Shown piece after piece: positions 1 to 11,159 of a DNA stretch of 49,855 nt. The notes below the pieces were generated by a model. It made no database searches and had not been told where the DNA came from. It worked only from the letters and a program-made list of their open reading frames with translations. The DNA is from Gnetum montanum (lineage: Eukaryota > Plantae > Gnetophyta), in contig MNCI01000751.1 of assembly GCA_015680685.1 (NCBI GenBank), positions 369,893 through 419,747 of the forward strand, given 5' to 3'. Position 1 is the stretch's first letter. The number at the start of each line of letters is the position of its first letter. A program made the position numbers and the translations under genes.

Positions 1-365
1 AGAAAAAGAGAAAAGCAAAAAGAAAAAGTGAGGATTCAAAGCACACCCCTTAGACGAAATAAAATTTGGGCTGCAAGCACTGGTTATGGAACCAAAGTGT
101 TCCCTCTAACTAAGGCCCTTCTCACTTCCCATTCTCTCCTTCGTTTCGTCGGAATGGTGGTGGCTCTTCGAAGATGCATCCTTGTTGTCCAAGTGGATGG
201 TTTGAGCAAATGCATTGATGCGAAGTCACTAGAAGTGGTTGGTTTGAGGCCCGAGTTGGAATGAGATTTGCCAAGTCACATTAATCATGAAATACACAAG
301 GGGATGTACCCCACCTTGCTCTTGGAATTCCATTCCACTTCTCTTCTTCCCATCCTTCTCTCCAT

Positions 366-767
366 NNNNNNNNNNNNNNNNNNNNNNNNNNNNNNNNNNN
401 NNNNNNNNNNNNNNNNNNNNNNNNNNNNNNNNNNNNNNNNNNNNNNNNNNNNNNNNNNNNNNNNNNNNNNNNNNNNNNNNNNNNNNNNNNNNNNNNNNNN
501 NNNNNNNNNNNNNNNNNNNNNNNNNNNNNNNNNNNNNNNNNNNNNNNNNNNNNNNNNNNNNNNNNNNNNNNNNNNNNNNNNNNNNNNNNNNNNNNNNNNN
601 NNNNNNNNNNNNNNNNNNNNNNNNNNNNNNNNNNNNNNNNNNNNNNNNNNNNNNNNNNNNNNNNNNNNNNNNNNNNNNNNNNNNNNNNNNNNNNNNNNNN
701 NNNNNNNNNNNNNNNNNNNNNNNNNNNNNNNNNNNNNNNNNNNNNNNNNNNNNNNNNNNNNNNNNNN
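366..767. other. Assembly gap (run of N)
   Basis: Continuous N run. ORFs spanning it are artefacts. Confidence 0.99.
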
Positions 768-858
768 TGATGAGACACGACCTGCATGTGCTGCGATATC
801 GCGTCCCGCCATCATATCTATAAATAAGAGGCGGCACTCCCTTCATTTCCCAATCCTN

Positions 859-1662
859 TAAAAGATATAATAAGCCCTACATAAAGTGCAAATAAAAATG
901 ATTTAACAATGAGAATCCAATCATAATCAATAAATCAATGAATTAATGATATGCCAAAATCTAGGAGAAATATGTAGCACTAGTGGTGTAGCTTCCAACT
1001 TTTAAACTTCTAGTCAATGATGCAACAACCAATGCACAACTAAACCAAATTTAAAAAATGCAAGAAAAGATTCCCAAACCAATCTAGAAGTAACTTGAAT
1101 CCAATGTGTGATTTAAGTCAAGTGTGTGTTAATGAATTGTACAATCAAGATATGGACATTTTCTTTTATCATTCTTAAGTATAAGAAGTTTCTTGGCTTA
1201 AATTGGAGTTGTTAAATGGCTAGATATGACTATTTTATTTTGACTAGCAACTACCTATTATATCCACCTATTGCCTGGGATGTCCATACTATAAAGATTC
1301 ACTTTTAGATGACATTCCTAAGAACATGTGTGATATCCATCATAAAATTTAGATGATCTCTACCTGTACATCTACTCTCTAGGATGTCCATCCTATTTGA
1401 AGCATGACTTGTGAACTTTGCTTGGTCTCTATTGGGATGTTCATAGAAGAATGTGGATGTCCATCTTGCATCTAGAACTTGGAAAGGATGAACTTTAATT
1501 TGCCAAAGCTCTTTTCCAAGCATCCTAAATTATTTGAATAAACTTGTAATAGATTCAAAAATGTTCAATCTTGTGTTGAACTTAGAAGCTTAATAGATAC
1601 CTTAAACACATGCATAATAAATCATTTTCTAATTTTATACCACCAAATTATGGGATAGATCA
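859..1662 (-). repeat. 3' LTR of element A (left-truncated)
   Basis: Aligns by eye to 6393-7145, e.g. GCTTCCAACTTTTAAACTTCTAGTCAATGATG vs ACTTCCAACATTTAAACTTCTAGCCAATGATG. Contains GGATGTCC/GGACATCC motifs. Confidence 0.85.
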
Positions 1663-2049
1663 AAAAATATTTTCTTTTTTATAATATCTAAAAACTTTAG
1701 AATGGGTGAGTGATACATAAACTAACAATCATACAATAAGGCATAAATCCAAGAGCATTTAGATAATAAGAGTAATATATGCATAAAAAAGCTTATTACA
1801 TCATAGTTAAAAAATCACATATTCATGCATAGTTACAATGAACATCATAAGTCCAAAAAATATAAAACATAATAGTTGAATATAAAACATCATAATGCTC
1901 AAAAATAAAATCTTAAAAAAACATAGGATGCAAATATAGGCACTAAGCCTAGAGACTATAAGCATGATCATTATTCTCTCTTATCATTTTTTGGACATCA
2001 TCCAAAAAGGTGGAAAGAGATAAATGCACTCAATTTGACTCATCAGCAT

Positions 2050-3480
2050 ACTATTTTGGTAGCCAATATTCTTCTTCCTTATTCATTACCATTGGGATTA
2101 CATGGCTTTCCCTTTGAATAAATTGAATCAAGCACAACTATTTGACATTTCTAAGAAAGAAATTTATCTTCAATGCCCAAAGACTAGCTCATCTACTAAT
2201 TTGCATTGGACTCACTAAGAGAGTGACCTTAGTAATAGATCTCTTTGATATTAGAGGACAAGAAATACTATCCATAGCACCATGAATGATGGGATCATCT
2301 ATATTTCTATTATTCTTGAAAGATATATCTCCTTCAACATTTACATCTTCTTGAAAATCATGAGGCTAATCCTCATAGATCTGCTACTTTCTTCTACTAA
2401 TGTACTTCACCCATCAATGTAATCTTCTCATCAAAGTCCTCTACTTTTCTAGAATTGTAGCCTTAAGATAGATCCATATTGAAAGCACGTGCATAAGGAA
2501 AATTTTCTTTTAAAGATCATGTCAAAACCCCAAAAAAATCTCATTTAGGATGACGGGAAGCTCTTCCTACTAAGAGATGTTAGGTTATCTCTTCTCAAGC
2601 CTCTAAACCTCTCTACTAAACATGGACAAGTTGGGGCCTATTTTGCCAAAGATCTTGTTAAAAGCCCATAAAGCCTTATTCAAGGTGGAAACAAGTTAAT
2701 TCCAAAATAACCTAGAATGATAGAGATGAGGTCTAGCATCCTATGGTGTAGAAGATGCTACTTATTTTTCAAGAACATCCTATTTCTCAACATACTCTAC
2801 TATCCTCTTCTTGCCATAGATGGCAGGCATATCAAGAATGTTAATCATCTCATTTCTAATAATGAATCTAATCAATATTGGATATCCAAATATTTGGACT
2901 TTCACATGCTCTAACATGATGTAGCAAAAGTCCAACTTCACTTCTGTAAGTAAATAATGAAAACCCAAGACATGCTGAGGAATTAAGTAATCATAGCTTC
3001 AATCCTTGACTACAATATCATGTTAAATGATAAAAGATATGATGGAGGTATCCACTATCATGTATACCTTGTATAGTTTTTTTTCATAACAAAGTTGTGA
3101 TTTCCAAATAATATTAAGTAAAAATCTCTCTCGGACATAGAAAACGTAGTGTTTGCAAAGATCTCCCCAAGAGTGTTCATCCAAAATCTATGTGTTTTTT
3201 AAGCATCAAATCCTATTAAATCAGTGATCAAACTAGGAGAAAATACAATAACTATGCCATTAAATAGAGTAATAAAAGTCTTAGTATCCACATCCATGTC
3301 ACAAATATTGCAAAAAAAAAAACCTCTCTAATCATGATTTTAATAATGATAGTAGAGAGATCCAAAATCAATGTTAACCCTAATGCATCAAAGTAAGACT
3401 AAATTTGAGATCTTTTATGGGGCTTAAAATAAAGAACTCTATCAACTATAATGCAAACCTTTTGATGCAATTCATACATC
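2050..3480 (-). pseudogene. Decayed env-like / putative plant transposon protein ORF (Transposase_32-like) of element A
   Basis: Fragments IMIREVF..CNICDMDVDTKTFITLFNGIVI (~3250-3340) and GFHYLLTEVKLDFCYIMLEHV..IFGYPILI (2780-2968) match the element D fragments KMLIREFYCNII..FTSMVRGIAV and GFILYYLLTGLPLD. Boundaries approximate. Confidence 0.65.
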
Positions 3481-4000
3481 TTTCTTACTGCCTCCAATCT
3501 AAATGAGGGTTTCTAGTGGAAAGATGACCCCTCATCCACTGCTACTATTTCACTACTAGATGTACTTCCTTAAAACCATTGTATGCTCTCCTTTATCATT
3601 TTTATGATGCCTTTGCTTTATTTCTTACTCCTTATTCTTGCTTTTCTTATTATGTGATGTCTTTAAAATGAGTGCAAGATGGAAGAATGAGAGTGTTTAG
3701 GGCCTTTTATCGCAATGTCCTATGATTGGGAATGTCTTTTATATTTTTTTCTTAACCACAATTAGAATGTTCCACTAATAGGTTGGATGTCTTAGGGACC
3801 CTTCTAGGATATATCTTACCCAAGGAAACCTAAGTTTAGGATGGACATCCCAATGGAACGATGGATGTTTCACTTGAACTAAGATCTGATTTCTAAGACA
3901 TATATGGATGTATACATGCTTTGAAATTCATCCCAATGTTATAATAAAATCTAGGAAAGCATAAATAAAATAAAAGCTATGAAGAAAATTTTACCTTAAC

Positions 4001-5981
4001 TTACCTAGTTGGTAATGATTCTAATTTTAAAATCATGTAGCAATGATGTAGGGTAAGTTGCCTCTTGTTTGTCCTTGCTATTTTAGTAAGTATTACTTCT
4101 TGTTCCTCTCTTTCTAGCCTCTTAGGTGCATTTTTACTTGGAAGTCTTGATGCATTAATATGGGCTTGAAAGTGTTCTCCTTCATGTTGCTTTTCTTGTG
4201 ATCCTCCTTTCAATACCTATCTTCTTATCATGTCACCCTGTAAAGTATTACTGCTTTGTCTCTTGATATGGATCAAGTAACTATCATGAAATGATCAATT
4301 CCTAGATGGGCATTGAGCCTTGATATTATCAACTTTATGACAATGAAAGCAAACTATAGATCAAGAAATTCTTAGACAGTAATAATAATTATACATATTT
4401 TAATGTGTTTTCCTTGGTCTATTAGAGTAGCTTGTTGTGGTGGATTTGTGATCAAGTCCACTCTTGTCATTTAGGCTTCTCCCATATTAAAGCATATGAT
4501 TTAAGGATGTCTTTCTAATGGAAAAATTCTTTAACAACTTATTTTTATTATTCAATATTAATGCATAGTTTCTTAATATTCAACATGAGTGAAGCATTTT
4601 TATTTAGGAGGAAGAGGTTTAACCTTTTGAGATCCTTATTCTCATGATCTTGAAATCTCAAAGACTCATTCAAGTTGGTTAGTTACTAATCTAGACCTTG
4701 AGGATCATGCCCTTACTTATTAGGGTTAAATAAGTTTTCTCATGTTCAAACTCTAACTCACATTTTTTTAGTTTATTTGTAAACTTACAACTAATCTTTT
4801 ACACCTTAATGAAATTTTACTTGAGACATTCATACCTTTGCTCAATGATTCCTATCACTTCATCATAGTTTCAATCTTCTTCATCTTCATGGGGTGGAGT
4901 TACATTTGTAATTACATGTAAGAAATATGGACGTTGGTAGTGTCATTGCCTTCACTTCTCTTTATTTTATCTCTTCTTTATTATCCCATTTACTAACCAA
5001 GGATTTTTTCTTTTCTTTCATATTTGCCTCATCCTATAATTTTTGAGCACTTAAGCATTCTAAGACCAAATGCCATTATTCATCAAACCTAGCATATAAT
5101 ATTCATAATATTAATAGAAGTAGTAGGTTTGGGATCCTTGACTATAGGCTTGCCTCTTTGTAATCTTCCTTTAGGCCTTTCTCTTTCTTCTCTATGCTAA
5201 TTAATGATCATTATACTTGGTCTTTATGTGAGAAGTGTAAATTTGAAATCATTTAAGTCATTAATACTATAGAATAAGAATTTTTTAGTTTACATCTTTT
5301 TGATCTATTCCTTTAATTCTTAACTAGAAATATAAGATAGTATAATAGAATCAACTTTTACCACCCCTTCCTTAACCAATGTTGTTTCATAGATTATAAG
5401 AGTACTTTGCAATTCCTCAAATTTTAAGGTATCAAAATCTCTTATATTCTCCATGGCTATAGTTTTCATCTCATATTTAGAGCTAAGATTTCCAAAAATA
5501 TGATATATAACCTTACTTTCAAAAAGATCTTAACCTATTCATTTAATAGAACTCATAAGTTCACATACTTGATTGAAGTATTAATGTATCCTCTTGATCT
5601 TTCACATCTTTAGATTCTTAAATTGATTCAACCATAAGAGAAGCTTGAATGGCTTCAAAACTTTTATCCCTTCATAGATGACTTTCAATGTGTCCTAGGT
5701 CTCCTTGGTACTTTTTCGATGATTGAATCAATTATATTCTTCTTGTGTCAATGTGCATGTAATTGTATTCCTTGCCTTGAAGTCATTCATAAAGGACTTC
5801 TTGTTGATTTCATCCCAACTTGCTTATGCCTTTGCTAGTGTATGATATCCTTTAATCACATTATATTATACATCAAACACAAAAGATTCTAAATATGTTT
5901 GCATCTAACCTTTTTATAAGGCTTAGTTAGTGACATCCAAGAGAGTGCTCATGCAAGTGATAGTTCCTATTATCCTTTCAT
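4001..5981 (-). pseudogene. gag: Decayed copia-type gag of element A
   Basis: DUF4219-like LLDVTN*AL*KG*MQTYLESF (~5880-5950), UBN2-like EMKTIAMENIRDFDTLKFEELQSTL (~5400-5472), zinc knuckle CFHCHKVDNIKAQCP (~4308-4352). Many stops and frameshifts. Confidence 0.8.
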
Positions 5982-6183
5982 TTCGCTAGTTACCAAATTC
6001 AGAAAAAGAATTGCCAAGGAAAAGCTCACCATCTTTAATATGTTGAAATTAGAATATGGTTGAGAATTACACAAGGGTAAATCATTAGATGATACACATT
6101 TCTTGTAGTGTAAATAACTATCCAGCCTTGGTATCTCATAGAACTTCCAATAACCTTTTAAGGATAAGAAAAAAAAATATGAG

Positions 6184-6195
6184 GCTTTAGTAACA
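6184..6195 (-). promoter_or_regulatory. Degenerate tRNA-Met primer binding site of element A
   Basis: GCTTTAGTAACA vs canonical GCTCTGATACCA (8/12), located between gag and the LTR. Confidence 0.4.
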
Positions 6196-6196
6196 C

Positions 6197-7145
6197 ACAC
6201 TCACAACCCCTAAGGGCAAAGATAAAATAAAAAATACTTAGTTTCTTAGGAATAATTCCTAAATGCTATAAAGTAGAACTTCCTTCAAAGAGCATCTATG
6301 CCCCTTGAAGTAATGAAAGAGAGACTATTGAGATAGAAATTCTTACAATTAGATCTACACAAAATAAGCTTAAGATCTAGGGCAAAATACAATAGATACA
6401 ATAAGCTCCAAGATAGAGTGTGAATAAAAATGATTTGAGAATGACAATCTAATCATACTCAATAGATCAATAAATCAATGATAAGCCAAATTCTAGGAGA
6501 TGGGTATCGCAAGGATGGTGCAACTTCCAACATTTAAACTTCTAGCCAATGATGTAGTAGCCAATGCATAGTTAAATTGAATCTGAAATATGCAAGAAAA
6601 AATGTTCAAATATATCCAAAAGAAACTTCAATCCAATGTATGATTCATGTCAAGTGTAAATCAATGGATTGTGGAAATAAGATCTATATATTTTCATTTA
6701 TAAATCTCATGTCCAAGAAGTTTCCTAACTAAAAGTGAAGTTTTTAAAATGGTTAGAAATGGACTTTTTATTTTGACCAACAACGACTTGTGATGTCCAA
6801 TTTGTGCCTTGAATGTTTACTCTACAAAGGAGTGCTTTTATATAGGATTTTTAAGAACATATGGGATGCCTACCTTGATATATAGATGAGCTCTATTTGG
6901 ATGTCCACTCTCTAGGTTGGACATCCATTATGTAGTGTGGATGTCCAGATTGGCTAGAGGATGACTTATGAACTTCATTTGCACTCTTCTAGAATGTCAA
7001 AAAATGGATGTGGATGCTCACCCTGCATCCAAAGTTGGAAAGAATGAACTTTGACTTGTTGAAACTTGTTTCTAAGCATCCTGAATCCTTTGAATGAACT
7101 TCTTTATTTTCTAGTTTTTAGATCATCAAAACATGGGATAGATCA
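6197..7145 (-). repeat. 5' LTR of element A
   Basis: Homologous to 859-1662 but lacks ~80 bp near 7100. Inner boundary approximate. Confidence 0.8.
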
Positions 7146-7493
7146 AAAGTAGGCATCTTTACTTAGTTTCACTTTTAGAAGTCCTAAAACTCCTTTTTGA
7201 TGCTAGCCAAATACATTCTATAAATCATAGAATGGTACAAAAAATGGTTAGGCTAATATTATTCTACAATTTGTTAACTTATTATAGTTTATGATACCTA
7301 ATATCATAGTTGTTGTCAAAGTTGGTGCAACAAAAAAATTGAATTATAGGAGGCTTGTGTAGACTTGATGTCTCAATAATAACATCTTTAATCTTTGAAT
7401 TCTTACTAATTATACCTTTAAATTTGGTAGTGGAATAATGTCTTTGAGATGAGTCTATCCCTAAAATTTGAGCTCTTTATTCTTTAAAAAAGG

Positions 7494-7880
7494 CCACCAT
7501 GAGTGACACCACAAGTTGAGACATGATCATGGTATTACAACATGAGCTCACCAGAGGTTGTGGTAAGATCATGAAGCTTCCACAAGAGTTGTGATGCTAC
7601 AAATAATCCAAAACAAACATAATATGCCAGTCATACATCCACCACAAGTCATGGTTACTAACCACAAATCATGGTTAGGTTGTGCAGGATGACTATGAGT
7701 ATACCATCAATAATGGTCAACTTAAAATACATGTTTTAAGCCTCCTAAATTATTTTAAAACTTTTAATGTGAACCACAATTTGTGGTCTCTATAATGTCA
7801 AATGACAATATAATCATGGGTTGTGATTTATCCAATTTTCTTCAAAGGCCTCACCACAAGTTGTGGTGAGGTTATGGTTC
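7494..7880. repeat. Cluster of quasi-palindromic ACCACAA(G/T)T(T/C)(G/A)TGGT motifs, possibly subterminal repeats of a DNA transposon
   Basis: At least 6 decayed copies, e.g. ACCACAATTTGTGGT ~7773, CACCACAAGTTGTGGTG ~7852, ACCACAAGTCATGGT ~7641. Confidence 0.55.
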
Positions 7881-8849
7881 TGTAGGGATTTAGCTGAAAA
7901 TGATGTGCATGAAGAATTTGAACTTATATCTAGGCACTATAACAAAATATAATCTAATAAACAGTCTTCAAACCCCACTTTATGACCTTAAGCATTATCA
8001 ATGAGACTTAAATCAAAGTAAAGTGACAAATTACTTTAGCAAGTCAGTCAAATTTACCAAACTTGTTGAAATCCTTGAAAAACATTTAAACTAAGAATTT
8101 AGTAGAGGAAAATGCTATGTAATCCCACATGAATAAATAGATAGAATGTCCAAATTTTGAAAACATCAAAACAACAATTAGAGACATGTATTTTTAATTA
8201 TAATATTATTTTCTTTAAATAAAATCACTAATCTTTCAAATTAAGAGAACATTGTAAGAATGAGAGAAATTAAGAGAAAAAGTAAGAGAATAAGAATAAA
8301 AACTAAGATAATGAAAGACACTAAGAAATAAGAGTTATAATGAGAAAATGCAAGCTAATTGAATGAGAGAAAAAATTGAAAGCAACTTCTTTGATTAAAT
8401 TGGCTTGCCATGGGAAAGCTTCTACTTTTGAGATATGTTGTAAGAAATAAAAAAGATTTGAGGAGATTTCATGGAGCTCTAAATGTCAACTACATATGGA
8501 TAGAATATTGAGTAAGAAAGTAAATAAAAAAGCTGGATAAAACCCATCTTAAATAACACACATAGAAAATTCTACTTTTCTTTTTACCATATCACTTTAA
8601 TGAAAGCAAATGTCACTCACATAGTGCTCCATGATTGATCGTAATACAACTAACATAATCCATTATACCACTTAACCACTAATAACTCATAATGCCCATT
8701 ACTTCAATGTAACTCCACTACTTTTAAGACCACTACTTTGTGCACTTAAGGTACATTCTCCACTACTATTGTCATACCTTGTTACATCTTGTCGCATGGC
8801 ATTATGAGAATATATAACATAAGGTTTGTATATCTTAGTACATGTGCAC

Positions 8850-11073
8850 ATATACATCAAACATAGGACTAGATACCATGGCCACCATATATCCTAATCA
8901 ATATAATAGTTAAAAATTTCAATCTTACCATGAATATTATTGTTGGAAAGCAAGAGCCGATGTTTGATCAACTAGAAACTATGATGACATAACAAAAAAT
9001 GATAGTGGAATGGATTATAAAGAAAAAAATAATGAATAAACTTTGAAATTTAAATTACATCAAAAAATTATGTGTAATACAATATGAAAACTATGAATGA
9101 TATAATATATATGATATGACTACAAGGTAGAAATGGTTCTTAAAGTAATTCTTCAACATGTTGAAATTTTAACTTATTTAGTGAAGGAATAAGAAGAAAA
9201 AAGGAAAAGATCAATTTGTTGGATTTCTAGAAAGTTCAAATGAGAATGAAAATTAGAAAAAAGAAACTTTATTATATCATAAACAATATAGTGCACCTCT
9301 TCATCTTACTTGATATAATCTTGGATGCTTATCACATAAGATTCAAAGGTAATAAATCATGTCATATTATGGTGCAAATGATATCATGTCATATTATAAA
9401 TCATGTCATAGGTATGGGGCATAGGTCTTAATCAAGAATCATGGAAAAAGATTTAAAAACTTCAAAAAAATTTCTTTTTAGATGAATTAAAGGTAAAAAC
9501 TTAAGTTCTATATACAATACTTTTATTAGAAACTAATTTGTCATCATTAGAAGTTAAAGTAATGTATCAGTTCTTAACATTATACTTGAGGAATAAAACT
9601 CTTAATAAAATCTTAAGAGAGATTATTCAAAAGTCTCAACAATAGGAATGATTCCATGAAGGATGATTGTGACTACAAAAATGAGGTATTGATAATATTG
9701 ATGGAATTCTAAACTAAGAACAAGCTTGAAAACTTATTATAAGGAAAGTTTGAGAAAATGAGGTATAAATACAAAAAGAATGACGAGCACTAAGAGTTCC
9801 TTACACCTAACCATATGAATCACAAGTATGTACATACAATCCAATCAAATTCCATGGAGCTTTGGACTAATAGTATCCTAGATAACTAAGCGTTATTAAT
9901 ATCGTTAAGTGTGATTAAGGCATAAGATATTTTCATTTTTATTATATTTATTATTTAAATATTAAAACAATGAAGTAGTTGAGATATTAAAATATTAAAA
10001 TAACTATGAACTTATAGGTAATTTAAACTATCCTAAGTATAGAACATCCATTTCCACTTTCTATATCCATCCTAAACCTATATTAACATTGCTAGGTTAC
10101 CAAGTGTCTAGTACTTGGTGTACTAAGTATCCATTGCTAGGATTACCAAACATTACTATATTATACTCGAAGTGGTTGTACTCATACTATTATGGAATAA
10201 AATATTACATTGCCAAGTGTTGAAATGTAAAGTGCATGAAGAGTAAAATACTGAAAATAAACTAAGTGGTAGTCGAAGTGCTACAATTGAAGGAATCAAT
10301 GTTGATCTTATTACTATCATGAAGAACTGTCCAAGTACATCATGCACTTAAATAAAACTATATTAAATTAATTCGATCTATGCTACAAACACTCAAAAAG
10401 AAATTTGGCTAAGTCATATGGAAGAAAATTGTAACAATCTGACTACTAAAATAACCAAAGATACCATAAATATGATAAGAAACTTGTATTTATAAGCATT
10501 TATTGTAATTGTGATATTGTATTTGTGGCATAGTGTTCCAAGCTACAATATATTAAACCTGATGTAGTAGCTATGATATCATAGATAAGATATTATGGAT
10601 AGGACATCTTAGCTAACTAGTACAATTATCATAATTCATCATAAAGCTTCAATTTTACTAACAAAATATTAGATGTAGCAGACATGATGAAAGGAAACAT
10701 CTACATATAACAATTCTAGTATTCATGAGAGCACTAATTAGTAGAGTAAGAATGCAATCACACCATCTTTGAGTTGAAATTAAAGATTGAATAATAAGGA
10801 GGATGAAGATAAAATATGTTAAATTTTTTTCATGCAAGTAGTATACGATAAGAAATATTTATTATTAAAATTTTACAAAGCAAATTTCTTTATAAGAAAA
10901 TGATAAATCCATAGTTAGTTTTTGTATGAGCTATTCAAGCTACCTATGTTAGTTTTAGGAAATTATATAGATGACATGTTTAAGTTACATAAATATTAAA
11001 CATATATACTATACTCATGATTTATTGCTACTAATGTATTTTGCATAAGTTCAGTTATCCAACAAATCCTTTG
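8850..11073 (+). pseudogene. Very eroded transposase-like relic (possibly MULE with a SWIM finger); insertion target of element B
   Basis: Remnant DMMKGNIYI*Q at ~10681-10713 resembles SWIM GNICKHQ after mutation. Coding-like composition but no long ORF. Confidence 0.3.
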
Positions 11074-11159
11074 TGTGACATCCTAATCCTAGATGTCGTT
11101 AAAACACGATCATTCATTACTTAATTCATCATGCTAGTAAAATGATAATGGAAATATGA

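Larger units (their letters stand above)
859..7145 (-). mobile_element. Element A: non-autonomous Ty1/copia (SIRE-like) LTR element with gag and an env-like ORF but no pol
   Basis: Diverged direct repeats 859-1662 and ~6393-7145 both end in GATAGATCA (TGATCTATC on minus). Degenerate Met PBS at 6184-6195, eroded PPT at 1663-1680, copia gag motifs on minus. No RT, INT or RH motifs in the ~4.5-kb interior. Left end lost at the N at 858. Confidence 0.8.

Noticed and set aside
1-365. Possible gene fragment at the window start
   Set aside because: No recognisable motif; short, cut by the gap, and probably repeat-derived.
229-861. Long ORFs in the supplied track
   Set aside because: They are translations through the N gap.
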